Shown here: positions 1 through 8,538 of the stretch, piece after piece
How the letters are laid out: each line of letters begins with the position of its first letter
Numbering within the stretch: the stretch's first letter is position 1
NCBI GenBank assembly: GCA_937897625.1
Contig: CALCNZ010000107.1
Coordinates: 12,511 to 76,510 of the forward strand
Origin: an uncultured Flavobacteriales bacterium
GTDB lineage: Bacteria; Bacteroidota; Bacteroidia; Flavobacteriales_D; Sanyastnellaceae
DNA length: 64,000 nucleotides
Direction of reading: 5' to 3'
Notes under the pieces: generated by a model
The model's database searches: none
Told to the model about the DNA's origin: nothing
The model's input: only the letters and a program-made list of their open reading frames with translations
Position numbers and translations under genes: made by a program

Positions 1-204
1 CGATTCAGTAAGCAGGGAAGGGGTTCCACCGCCAAAATAGACGGTGCTTATGTTGCTTTGCGACAACTCTTCTTTTCTCAGCGTCATTTCCTTCAACATA
101 GCTACCACTAAATCTTCTTGCGCATCGAGTTTCGTTGAAAAATGAAAATCGCAATAATGACAGGCATGCCTGCAGAACGGAATATGAAAATAGACACCCA
201 TCAT
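1..204 (-). CDS. hemW: radical SAM HemN/HemW-family protein (heme chaperone / coproporphyrinogen III oxidase-like). N-terminal fragment; the gene runs off the left edge.
   Basis: Manual reverse translation from the ATG at 204 gives MMGVYFHIPFCRHACHYCDFHFS...TVYFGGGTPSLLTES. It carries the CxxxCxxC radical-SAM motif and a GGGTPS motif. The fragment is too short to appear in the ORF track. Confidence 0.8.
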   Translation of the reverse strand, partial: MMGVYFHIPFCRHACHYCDFHFSTKLDAQEDLVVAMLKEMTLRKEELSQSNISTVYFGGGTPSLLTES

Positions 205-249
205 CTGCGCGAATTTAGTTAGCTTCGCGTACGTTAAGACGAATAAGAA

Positions 250-750
250 ATGAAGGCCACTGTAAATAATGCTACCGCATTCGAAGTTTCTTCGAACACA
301 AACAGTAAAACAGTTGTGTTAAACAACCAGTCGTTATCGCTAGACCTCTTGCAGCATGGGGCTCATCTGCATTTCGTGTGGAAGGGGAAAAGTATTAATG
401 TTGAAGTTCTTTCTCTTTCCAAGGAAGAGAAGAAAGTTGTTTTGAAGGTTAACAATAAAACAACGGAGGTTCGGTTAGAAGAGCCGTTAGACGCGTTATT
501 GAATTCCCTCGGATTCTCTTCCGCGAACAGCGCGAAAATTAAACAAGTGAAGTCTCCAATGCCTGGCCTCGTGCTTTCCATCAGTGCTGAAGTTGGAAAA
601 GAAATTAAGAAAGACGAGCCGCTATTAATATTAGAGGCCATGAAAATGGAAAACGTGATTAAGAGTCCAACAGACGGAGTGATTAAAAGCATTTCAGTGA
701 ATGCTGGTCAAGCCGTTGAAAAAGGATCGGTCATGATTACTTTTGAATAG
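250..750 (+). CDS. biotin/lipoyl-attachment domain protein (BCCP-like biotin carboxyl carrier)
   Basis: The C-terminal ~70 aa carry the biotinylation motif EAMKME (LILEAMKMENVIKSPTDGVIKSI). The N-terminal ~90 aa are unassigned. Confidence 0.85.
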   Translation: MKATVNNATAFEVSSNTNSKTVVLNNQSLSLDLLQHGAHLHFVWKGKSINVEVLSLSKEEKKVVLKVNNKTTEVRLEEPLDALLNSLGFSSANSAKIKQVKSPMPGLVLSISAEVGKEIKKDEPLLILEAMKMENVIKSPTDGVIKSISVNAGQAVEKGSVMITFE

Positions 751-754
751 TCAA

Positions 755-1756
755 ATGAAACAGCTGTTTTTAGCCATATCTGTTTTTTTCTTTGTTGCTC
801 AAGCAATGGCACAACCGTGTGCATCTGTATCAAACAATGTACTTTGTGCTGACGCACCAGTGGTTACAAACCAACTGACTTCAAGCTCATTCAACACGGG
901 ATGTTTCAGTTATTCCATGACAAATTTTTACAGCTTTCATACGGGAACCACGCCAAACGGTGTCCTTGAAGCAGCTTTAACGCTGCAGGATTGCGATGAT
1001 TTCTCTGGTAACAACACCATGGGGCTTGTGGTTGCCGAACTAATTCCTTCCTCAGACCCCTGCTTACCGGCTTCATACAATATCATTAGCCCCTGTTTTT
1101 CCACAGATTCGAGTCAGGTTTTTTTTGTAGGAGGATTGCTTCCTGATCACGATTATGTCATTCTAGTTGGTTCAGATCACGATCCTCTTTTTGGAATTTG
1201 TTCATACGATTTATTCATTGGAGGAACCGTGGTAGATATTGCAGCAGGCACTTACCCGTTTGAAATTGTCTTAGGCGAATCTTCTTCAGCTATGGCTCAG
1301 GGCGGAGGCTCAAACACCACATACACTTGGGATCCAATGCCCGAGTTTCATGAAATAACCAGCGACTCAACCATGACGTTTTATCCGACAGAAGAGGGAC
1401 AAACCATCTCTATTTCTGCTATTGGAACAATTGGTAATTGTACGGTGAATGCCCCCATATTCGTTCACATTCTTTCTCCGCTAAATATCTACAATGCGCT
1501 AACACCCAATGGCGACAACATAGATGATACTTGGACCATTAACGGAATTGACCGACCTGTATTTGAAGCGGCTGTAGTAAGCGTTTTCGACCGCTGGGGA
1601 CAACAGGTATTTAAATCGCTTGGATATCGAACACCGTGGGATGGAACAAACAACGGAAAGTACTTACCAACCGGTGCATACTACTACGTCATTGAATTGA
1701 ATACTTACAACTTGTACATACCGCCGTATGTCGGAATCGTTTCCATTTTAAGATGA
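755..1756 (+). CDS. secreted protein with a T9SS type B (gliding motility-associated) C-terminal sorting domain; N-terminal domain unknown
   Basis: The ORF opens at 743 (TTG), but the ATG at 755 gives the signal peptide MKQLFLAISVFFFVAQAMAQ. The C-terminus (NALTPNGDNIDDTWTINGI...FDRWGQQVF...WDGTNNGKYLPTGAYYYVIEL) fits the type B CTD pattern. Confidence 0.8.
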   Translation: MKQLFLAISVFFFVAQAMAQPCASVSNNVLCADAPVVTNQLTSSSFNTGCFSYSMTNFYSFHTGTTPNGVLEAALTLQDCDDFSGNNTMGLVVAELIPSSDPCLPASYNIISPCFSTDSSQVFFVGGLLPDHDYVILVGSDHDPLFGICSYDLFIGGTVVDIAAGTYPFEIVLGESSSAMAQGGGSNTTYTWDPMPEFHEITSDSTMTFYPTEEGQTISISAIGTIGNCTVNAPIFVHILSPLNIYNALTPNGDNIDDTWTINGIDRPVFEAAVVSVFDRWGQQVFKSLGYRTPWDGTNNGKYLPTGAYYYVIELNTYNLYIPPYVGIVSILR

Positions 1757-2679
1757 AAAAGATCCTGGCAATCCTAGCAATTTCGTGGATCTTCGGTTCC
1801 AATGTGCAAGCCCAGCAGCTTCCGCACTACACGAATTTCACCTACAATTATTTAAACTACAATCCCGCTGTTACCGGCAGCACGCCTTGCCTCGAAGCGC
1901 GAGTAGGGTATCGCATGCAATGGGCGGGATTCACCGGTGCACCCAGAACCGGATATGTTTTGGTTCACAACAAATTTGGACTTCGCAGATACAATTTTCA
2001 TGGGGTTGGAATGATGGTGGAAAACGATAGCTACGGTCCTTTTGGAAGCACAACGCTCGTTGCCAACTACGCTTACCACATGAAACTTACCAAAGGGTAT
2101 TCTTTGTCTTCCGGAATAGGAGTAGGGTTCACACAATATCGGTTGGGTTTAGGTGGAATTACCATGCCCGACATTGACATTGATCCTGCAGCTACGAACT
2201 CGCTTGGAACCATTGTAGCGCCCGTGGTAAACTTCGGTTTATGGTTGTACCGTAAAGATCGTTTTTATGGCCTATCGGTGAGACAACTGACACAACCGAA
2301 AGTAAAAGGATTGCCAGATACACAAATGCGCAGACACTATACCTTAGCGTACGGAAGAGCCATTCAGATAGACGACAACTTTACGTTCAAACCTGCATTG
2401 TTGTTAAACTATGTTGGAAAAAGCAAGCCTTCGTTAGAGGGGCAGGCTATGTTAGAATACAAGAAAATTGTATCCGTCGGACTTGCTGGAAGAAGCGGCC
2501 ATGGCGGTTCTGCCTTGGTTAAATTCGATGCACTTCCGTATATCACCATTGCCTACGCATACGACATTACCGCAAACCGCCTTCATTACGCGGCTTTGAA
2601 TACACACGAGGTTACCTTAGGCTTCCGCGCATGCGGAATGAAAGAACGTAACCACGTTCCTTGCGCTGCTTACGACTGA
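1753..2679 (+). CDS. PorP/SprF family type IX secretion system membrane protein
   Basis: Signal peptide, then QQLPHYTNFTYNYLNYNPAVTG, which is the conserved N-terminal signature of this family. The predicted length and character fit a beta-barrel protein. It overlaps the upstream type B cargo gene by 4 nt (ATGA). Confidence 0.8.
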   Translation: MKKILAILAISWIFGSNVQAQQLPHYTNFTYNYLNYNPAVTGSTPCLEARVGYRMQWAGFTGAPRTGYVLVHNKFGLRRYNFHGVGMMVENDSYGPFGSTTLVANYAYHMKLTKGYSLSSGIGVGFTQYRLGLGGITMPDIDIDPAATNSLGTIVAPVVNFGLWLYRKDRFYGLSVRQLTQPKVKGLPDTQMRRHYTLAYGRAIQIDDNFTFKPALLLNYVGKSKPSLEGQAMLEYKKIVSVGLAGRSGHGGSALVKFDALPYITIAYAYDITANRLHYAALNTHEVTLGFRACGMKERNHVPCAAYD

Positions 2680-3017
2680 TGAACATAGAAGATTTTTTCG
2701 AAACGTGTCAAGCCATTAGTGAAGAGGTAACTTCAGATTTGCCCTTCGACGAAAGTGCATTGGTTTTTCGAATTGAAAACAAAATCTTCGCGATGGTAAA
2801 TTTAGACAATTTCGAAAAAGGAATAAATCTGAAATGCGACCCCGAACGCGCCATTGAACTTCGTGAAGAATACAACGGCATTCAACCCGGCTATCACACG
2901 AGTAAAAAACATTGGAACCTCGTCATTCCGAACAGCGACGTGCCCGATAAATTGTTGAAAGAACTCGTTCAACACAGCTTCGACCTGGTAAAACCGAAAT
3001 CAAAGAAGAATAAATAG
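2679..3017 (+). CDS. MmcQ/YjbR family DNA-binding protein
   Basis: The ORF opens at 2661, but the ATG at 2679 (MNIEDFFETC...) overlaps the upstream stop by 1 nt. KHWNLVIPNSDVPDKLLKELVQHSFDLV is typical of YjbR-like proteins. Confidence 0.7.
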   Translation: MNIEDFFETCQAISEEVTSDLPFDESALVFRIENKIFAMVNLDNFEKGINLKCDPERAIELREEYNGIQPGYHTSKKHWNLVIPNSDVPDKLLKELVQHSFDLVKPKSKKNK

Positions 3018-3083
3018 ATTCTTCGAAAGGTCCTGCGGAAGGTCTGATTGAAGGTCGCTACGCGAAGCGTCCTTGCAAAGCAA

Positions 3084-3143
3084 CTTTCGCAGAACCTTGC
3101 AATGCATCTTGTCAAAACACCTTTCGCAGAACCTTGCAAAGCA
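3084..3143. repeat. 23-bp direct repeat, two copies with a 37-bp start-to-start offset, in a convergent intergenic region
   Basis: ctttcgcagaaccttgcaatgca (3084-3106) and ctttcgcagaaccttgcaaagca (3121-3143) match at 22/23 positions. A third partial copy, ccttgcaaagca, lies at 3071-3082. Confidence 0.9.
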
Positions 3144-3144
3144 C

Positions 3145-3654
3145 CTAGACCAAAGTGTACTTAAACGTTTTAAAAGCAAACTTGTGCTTCTCATCCACGC
3201 CCTGTTCCAAGATTAATTCCCGCGTATACAATGAAGCGTCGAACGCAGGAAAATGCGCATGAGCGCCAGGGAATTCAGCTTCAATGTGTGTGAGATAAAT
3301 GTGCTGAACGAAGCCCTCGCGAAGGGCCCAATCATAGATTTGCTCGCCACCAATGACGAATACTTCACTCTCGCCACCTTCTCGCGCAAAACCAAGCGCA
3401 CGGCTTAGTTCGTCGAACACCACACAACCTGGAGCGTCGTAATTTTTATCGCGAGATAAAACAATGTTCACTCGATTCTTGAATGGACGAAAAGCAAGTG
3501 GAATGCTTTCGTAATTTTTTCGGCCCATAATAATGTGATGTCCCTTCGTGGTATCCTTGAAGAACTTCATATCATTGGGAAGATGCCACATTAAGTCGTT
3601 GTCTTTTCCAATCTCACGATTCAAGCCCATGGCGGCTATTAATGCTATTTCCAT
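3145..3654 (-). CDS. folA: dihydrofolate reductase
   Basis: [52 protein letters not shown] is a canonical DHFR N-terminus. It overlaps the thyA stop by 1 nt (TAATG). Confidence 0.93.
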   Translation of the reverse strand: MEIALIAAMGLNREIGKDNDLMWHLPNDMKFFKDTTKGHHIIMGRKNYESIPLAFRPFKNRVNIVLSRDKNYDAPGCVVFDELSRALGFAREGGESEVFVIGGEQIYDWALREGFVQHIYLTHIEAEFPGAHAHFPAFDASLYTRELILEQGVDEKHKFAFKTFKYTLV

Positions 3655-4448
3655 TAGACAGCTACGGCAGCTTTAATATGTGGATGTGGATCGTAATTCT
3701 CAATTGAAATATCATCAATGGTAAACGCAAAAAGATCTTTTACATTCGGATTCAATTTCAAGGTTGGAAGAGGACGAAACTCGCGAGTCAATTGCAATTT
3801 TGCTTGATCGACATGGTTTGAATACAAGTGAACATCGCCACCTGTCCAAACAAAATCACCCACTTCCAAATCGCACACTTGTGCTATCATGTGCACCAAC
3901 AGGGCGTAAGAAGCAATGTTGAAAGGAACACCTAAAAATGTATCGCAACTTCTTTGATACAATTGGCAACTCAATTTTCCTTCAGCCACATAAAATTGAA
4001 ACAGACAGTGACAAGGCGGAAGCGCCATTTGTTCTATGAATGAAGGGTTCCAAGCAGATACAATGTGTCTACGACTGTTCGGATTGTTTTTTAATCCGTT
4101 TACCAAGTTCACAATCTGATCGGTGGAAGTTCCATCTGGATTTGGCCAAGAACGCCATTGGTAGCCGTATACAGGACCTAGGTTTCCATTTTCATCGGCC
4201 CATTCGTCCCAAATAGAAACACCATTTTCTTTTAAATAAGCAATGTTTGTGTCGCCCTTCAGAAACCACAACAACTCATGAAAAATACTTCGCGTATGAA
4301 GCTTTTTGGTGGTCATTAATGGAAATCCTTCTGCTAAATTGAACCGCATTTGATGTCCGAAAACACTGTACGTTCCAGTGCCCGTGCGGTCTTCTTTTTT
4401 TACACCGTTGTCTAAAAGGTGTTGCAACAATTCGTGATACTGCTTCAT
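3654..4448 (-). CDS. thyA: thymidylate synthase (ThyA type)
   Basis: 264 aa with [21 protein letters not shown] and an active-site region [12 protein letters not shown]. Confidence 0.96.
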   Translation of the reverse strand: MKQYHELLQHLLDNGVKKEDRTGTGTYSVFGHQMRFNLAEGFPLMTTKKLHTRSIFHELLWFLKGDTNIAYLKENGVSIWDEWADENGNLGPVYGYQWRSWPNPDGTSTDQIVNLVNGLKNNPNSRRHIVSAWNPSFIEQMALPPCHCLFQFYVAEGKLSCQLYQRSCDTFLGVPFNIASYALLVHMIAQVCDLEVGDFVWTGGDVHLYSNHVDQAKLQLTREFRPLPTLKLNPNVKDLFAFTIDDISIENYDPHPHIKAAVAV

Positions 4449-4492
4449 GGTTCAAATGTAATTGAGGAGATTCAAAAAAATGTGAGGTGTTC

Positions 4493-4514
4493 AAAAAGGA
4501 GTTGCTCCTTTTGA
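4493..4514 (-). terminator. putative intrinsic terminator after the REC-PP2C gene
   Basis: The minus strand reads AAAAGGAG-CAA-CTCCTTTT followed by TGAAC. This is an 8-bp stem, and the T-run is partly inside the stem. Confidence 0.5.
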
Positions 4515-4537
4515 CAAGTTAGCTATCCGAATTCAAT

Positions 4538-5791
4538 TTATAGCTCGAAGCTTACCCAAGTTGCGTCGTCTGTTTGCTCTTGCGATCCCTTCCAATCTTG
4601 AAACAATTTGTCTATGCCACACTTGCCGTCTGAAAAGACTTGTCCGCTTTCAATCCACTGAATTAGACCATTCATGCGCAGTCGTTTGTTCGACTCTTCA
4701 CCAATCTGATCGTACAACCCATCTGAACACATAACCACACGCTTGCCTCTAATGTTTAGGCTCCCTCCGGCAACCTCGGTTTGTTCCAAATTGATGTGAA
4801 GAAAGCCCTTCGATTTTGAAATAACCTCGACTTCATTCTTTTCATTCACCAGCATAAGATTCGAATTCAAGCTTCCCCATTCTGCGTCGCCTGTTTTCAA
4901 ATTGACATGCATTAGGGCTAAATCAAATCCGGCTACCATGTCTGAATATTGAACGTCTCGTCTCAATCTTTTCTTTAAATCGTAAACCGTTCCACTCACA
5001 ATTTCCTTCACCTCAACAGTGTCATTTACATGACTGGTTTTTTCAGAAAGTAAATCACTCACAAGCACGGTCAGCAGGGCTCCCGCGAGACCATGCCCTG
5101 TGCAGTCGCCTTGCGCAATGAGCACAGAGTCTCCTAAATTTTTGTACCAATAAAAGTCTCCGGAAACGGCTTCTGCGGAAGTGCTAAAGACGTGCAGCCT
5201 TGGCAAAATATCCCAGGCATCTGTGTGATTTGGTAAGAAGCATTCTTGTACAAATCGCGCGTATTGTAATCCTTGACGAAGTTCTTCGTTTTTCTGATTT
5301 AACTCTGCCGTTCTGTCGATTACTTTTTGCTCCAATTCCTTGTGCAGAATTTCAAGTTCGTGGGTTCGTTTCGCTAACTCGGTCTCGTTATCGTACATGT
5401 GAATCGCTTCCAATACCGTAAGTTCCAGATCCTTGGGCTCCCATGGTTTTTCAATGTATCGAAACAAACGCGCCTTACTTAAAACCTCTGAAACGGCCTG
5501 TAAATCGGCCTGACCCGTTAGCATTATCTTTTTACTGGCTGGAGATAGAATTTCCAAACGACCTAACAATTCACTGCCTCGCATGGGATACATCATGTAA
5601 TCGCTAATTACACAAATGAGCTCTCCGTTTTTTTCAATTATTGGAATAATTTGTTCCAAGGCACTTTCACCAGAATTCGCGGTAAGCAACTCAATTCCTT
5701 CGGGCAAAAAACTTTTCACGTGAAGCGACAACACGCTAAGAATGATAGCCTCGTCATCGACAAGAATTATGTATCGCTTTCCTCTTTTCAA
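4538..5791 (-). CDS. fused response regulator receiver / PP2C (SpoIIE-type) serine phosphatase
   Basis: N-terminal REC domain (YIILVDDEAIILSVL...ISDYMMYPMRG), a coiled-coil linker, then a PP2C/SpoIIE domain (VSGDFYWY...GDCTGHGLAGALLTVLVSD...CSDGLYDQ). Confidence 0.88.
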   Translation of the reverse strand: MKRGKRYIILVDDEAIILSVLSLHVKSFLPEGIELLTANSGESALEQIIPIIEKNGELICVISDYMMYPMRGSELLGRLEILSPASKKIMLTGQADLQAVSEVLSKARLFRYIEKPWEPKDLELTVLEAIHMYDNETELAKRTHELEILHKELEQKVIDRTAELNQKNEELRQGLQYARFVQECFLPNHTDAWDILPRLHVFSTSAEAVSGDFYWYKNLGDSVLIAQGDCTGHGLAGALLTVLVSDLLSEKTSHVNDTVEVKEIVSGTVYDLKKRLRRDVQYSDMVAGFDLALMHVNLKTGDAEWGSLNSNLMLVNEKNEVEVISKSKGFLHINLEQTEVAGGSLNIRGKRVVMCSDGLYDQIGEESNKRLRMNGLIQWIESGQVFSDGKCGIDKLFQDWKGSQEQTDDATWVSFEL

Positions 5792-5867
5792 GTGATCAAT
5801 TATTACTTTGCAAGATTAAGCTATAAACATCGATTACACTCCGATTTCAACAGCTATAATTTCTAGG

Positions 5868-7850
5868 TTACCCCACAAGTTTACGCAGACCAACAATCGC
5901 CTCCTTTCCCTTCACAATAACCGTATTAATGGCTGTTTTCGCCAACGTTGAAAGACCTTCGGTTTTCAGCTCGTTAGAAATTCCTGCAAAGGACAAGCCT
6001 TCCGGACGAACACCAATAATTTCCATGCTCGCTTTAAGTTGATGAAGTTCATGTCTAAGCGCCAATAAGTCTGATCCTACTAAAGCCAACTCCAAGCGAT
6101 CCAATTGAGGGGGCAAGTGTTCGAGGTAACCATTCACCACATCTTTCAAAACATTAATGTCGTTGCCCACATATTGCTTCAGCATGGAAAGATCTAATTC
6201 TCGCTCGCTTGAAAATTCTACTTGCAACAAATCGGCTGTTTCCTCTTCCTTGCTCCATTTCTTCATCACTTCTACCAAGGCTCTTTCAGAATAGGGCTTC
6301 ACCAAATAATCATTCATTCCAGCCTGCTTGCAAATTTCAACTTCCTCGCGCATGGCGTTTGCGCTTAATCCAATAATTGGAATAGAATATTTCAGATCTT
6401 CACGAATAAATTTTGTTGCTTCTAAGCCATCTAGAATAGGCATTTGTACGTCCATAAGAACAATATCAAATTCTTTTTCTTGAATCAAATCAATAGCCTC
6501 TTGTCCGTTATGAGCAATGGATACGACTACTTCACATTTCTTCAGGATTACCTGCAATACCATTCGGTTCAACTCATTGTCTTCAACGGCCAACACCCGA
6601 AGACCTTTGAGTGATTTCTGTAAATCAGTCATTTCAACTATATCTTGTTTAGTTTTCTCGTTCGATATTCTCATTGGAATTCGAATATCTACCCGCGTCC
6701 CCTTTCCTTTTTCACTTTCAATCTGAATGGTTCCGCCCATAATCTGAACAATGCTTCGCGCTATACTCAGGCCTAAACCACTTCCTCCAAACTTTCTTGT
6801 TATACTCGCGTCTTCTTGTGAAAACGCTTCGAAGACCTTCGCCAAATAGGCCATATCCATTCCAACTCCCGTGTCTTCAACCGAGAATGAAACCCAACAA
6901 ATGTCGTTTTCACCCCTCTCCAATTTCGAGGTTACTCGAACGTATCCCGAATTGGTGAATTTGATAGCATTTCCGACTATGTTGAAGAGTACCTGACTTA
7001 AACGATGCGGGTCGCCGAGGTGCATAATTCCGCGATCATCCATCAATTCAATATCCAATGAAATATCTGAAAGCCGCGCTTTTTCTTCAAAAATGCTCAG
7101 CGTTCGACGAATACTTTCGTTTAGATTGAATGTGGTCGTCTCGATACTGAATTTTCCGGATTCAATTTTTGAAATGTCTAACACGTCGTTAATAATCGAA
7201 AGCAACGTGGAAGAAGCCGACCGCATAATATCTATGAAATAACGCTGATCTGCGTCGAGCTTCGATTGCGCCAACTGTTCGGCCATTCCAACAATTCCAT
7301 TCAGCGGGGTGCGAATTTCATGACTCATATTCGCGAGGAACATAGCCTTCGCTTTCGAAGAATCTTCTGCTTTACGTTTGGCTTCTATTAGCTCAAACTC
7401 CATTTCTTTTAAATGGGTAATGTCCCAATGAATGCCAATTGAACCGTGTATATTGCCGTCATCGCCCAACAATGGCGCAGCGCTAACCAGCCAATAACGG
7501 GGTTCTTTCTTTTTGTTTAAAACGCGAAGTTCATAAACGTCTTCTTCACCCTCAATGCGTGAGGCATTGCGAACCTTCATGCGTTCCTTCTCTTGCTCAT
7601 CTAGCAACAATTCACCACCGTCTTTTCCAAATAACTCATCTAAAGAAAAACCACTCATTTCACAAAACGCCTCGTTCGCACGAATAATAATACCGCTGGG
7701 CTCAACCTCTAATAATCCCAAACGAAAATTATCGATAATTCCCTTAAACTTCGCCTCGCGATTAATTAAGAGCTTCTCTGACGTTCCGGAAGATTGCTCC
7801 AATTCCGCAACGCGCTGGCGTAAATATTTTATTTCTTCCTCTTGAGTCAT
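5868..7850 (-). CDS. soluble hybrid sensor histidine kinase (coiled coil-PAS-HisKA-HATPase-REC-HPt)
   Basis: H-box FLANMSHEIRTPLNGIVGM, G-boxes DTGVGM and GGSGLGLSI, a REC domain (VLAVEDNELNRMV...VLMDVQMP), and a C-terminal HPt-like helix (HQLKASMEIIG). No hydrophobic transmembrane segment is seen. Confidence 0.9.
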   Translation of the reverse strand: MTQEEEIKYLRQRVAELEQSSGTSEKLLINREAKFKGIIDNFRLGLLEVEPSGIIIRANEAFCEMSGFSLDELFGKDGGELLLDEQEKERMKVRNASRIEGEEDVYELRVLNKKKEPRYWLVSAAPLLGDDGNIHGSIGIHWDITHLKEMEFELIEAKRKAEDSSKAKAMFLANMSHEIRTPLNGIVGMAEQLAQSKLDADQRYFIDIMRSASSTLLSIINDVLDISKIESGKFSIETTTFNLNESIRRTLSIFEEKARLSDISLDIELMDDRGIMHLGDPHRLSQVLFNIVGNAIKFTNSGYVRVTSKLERGENDICWVSFSVEDTGVGMDMAYLAKVFEAFSQEDASITRKFGGSGLGLSIARSIVQIMGGTIQIESEKGKGTRVDIRIPMRISNEKTKQDIVEMTDLQKSLKGLRVLAVEDNELNRMVLQVILKKCEVVVSIAHNGQEAIDLIQEKEFDIVLMDVQMPILDGLEATKFIREDLKYSIPIIGLSANAMREEVEICKQAGMNDYLVKPYSERALVEVMKKWSKEEETADLLQVEFSSERELDLSMLKQYVGNDINVLKDVVNGYLEHLPPQLDRLELALVGSDLLALRHELHQLKASMEIIGVRPEGLSFAGISNELKTEGLSTLAKTAINTVIVKGKEAIVGLRKLVG

Positions 7851-7866
7851 TGGCTTGCTAATTTAG

Positions 7867-7898
7867 ACACAAACTGCCTATGCAGGTACACAAACTGC
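7867..7898. promoter_or_regulatory. pair of 11-bp direct repeats (ACACAAACTGC) offset by 21 bp, just upstream of the histidine kinase start
   Basis: Identical 11-mers at 7867-7877 and 7888-7898. Between them lies the palindrome CTGCCTATGCAG, which overlaps the end of the first copy. The site is 17-48 bp upstream of the ATG at 7850 on the minus strand. Confidence 0.4.
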
Positions 7899-7911
7899 AT
7901 TATTTATTTCA

Positions 7912-7938
7912 TGAAAAAACCCCTTCGAGCGAAGGGGT
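7912..7938 (-). terminator. intrinsic terminator after the lipoprotein gene
   Basis: The minus strand reads CCCCTTC-GCTC-GAAGGGG followed by TTTTTTCAT. Confidence 0.75.
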
Positions 7939-7963
7939 TGTCTCATACCTAACTAACCTAAAC

Positions 7964-8461
7964 TTATATTTCTGATGCCTTCTCCCAAGTCATTTGAAGG
8001 AAAAACTTCGCTCCATCTGCTTGAAGAATGTATTCGTCTTGTTGGAAAGCGTCTGCCACATTTAAGGTTTCAACACTCAAAATATTGCCAGATGCCGATT
8101 TCATTGTGAAAGTATATTCGTCTGCTTGAAGAATAATTCCAGGATACCATTTGAACATGTTGTCGCCAGCAGCCATTACATCTATCGCTGCAAAAACCAC
8201 TTCACCGCTCTTATCTGCTATTTCAATCTTCACCCCTTGAAGGTTAGCGTTAGCACCCTCTGGCTGAAGCCACACGAAGTTCAATTTAGCTACGTCTTCA
8301 CCCAATACCGCTGTAGGTGCAGTTTCTGCTGGTGTTGCAACACTTGAAGTAGTGTCTGCTACGGTTACTGGTGATGAAGGCATGTAGAATTCTTTCTGAC
8401 AAGACACAAGGCTAAGAGAAAGAATTGCTGCGAAGATGGAAGTTGTGATAGCGTTTTTCAT
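7964..8461 (-). CDS. hypothetical lipoprotein
   Basis: Signal peptide with lipobox (LSLSLVSC|QKE). I recognise no family. Confidence 0.6.
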   Translation of the reverse strand: MKNAITTSIFAAILSLSLVSCQKEFYMPSSPVTVADTTSSVATPAETAPTAVLGEDVAKLNFVWLQPEGANANLQGVKIEIADKSGEVVFAAIDVMAAGDNMFKWYPGIILQADEYTFTMKSASGNILSVETLNVADAFQQDEYILQADGAKFFLQMTWEKASEI

Positions 8462-8538
8462 AAGTCAAATAGGTTATGCTTCTTTTACCCCTACTGACCA
8501 GAAAAGGTTACACTTTTCTCAAAAAAAATTCATTTTTT

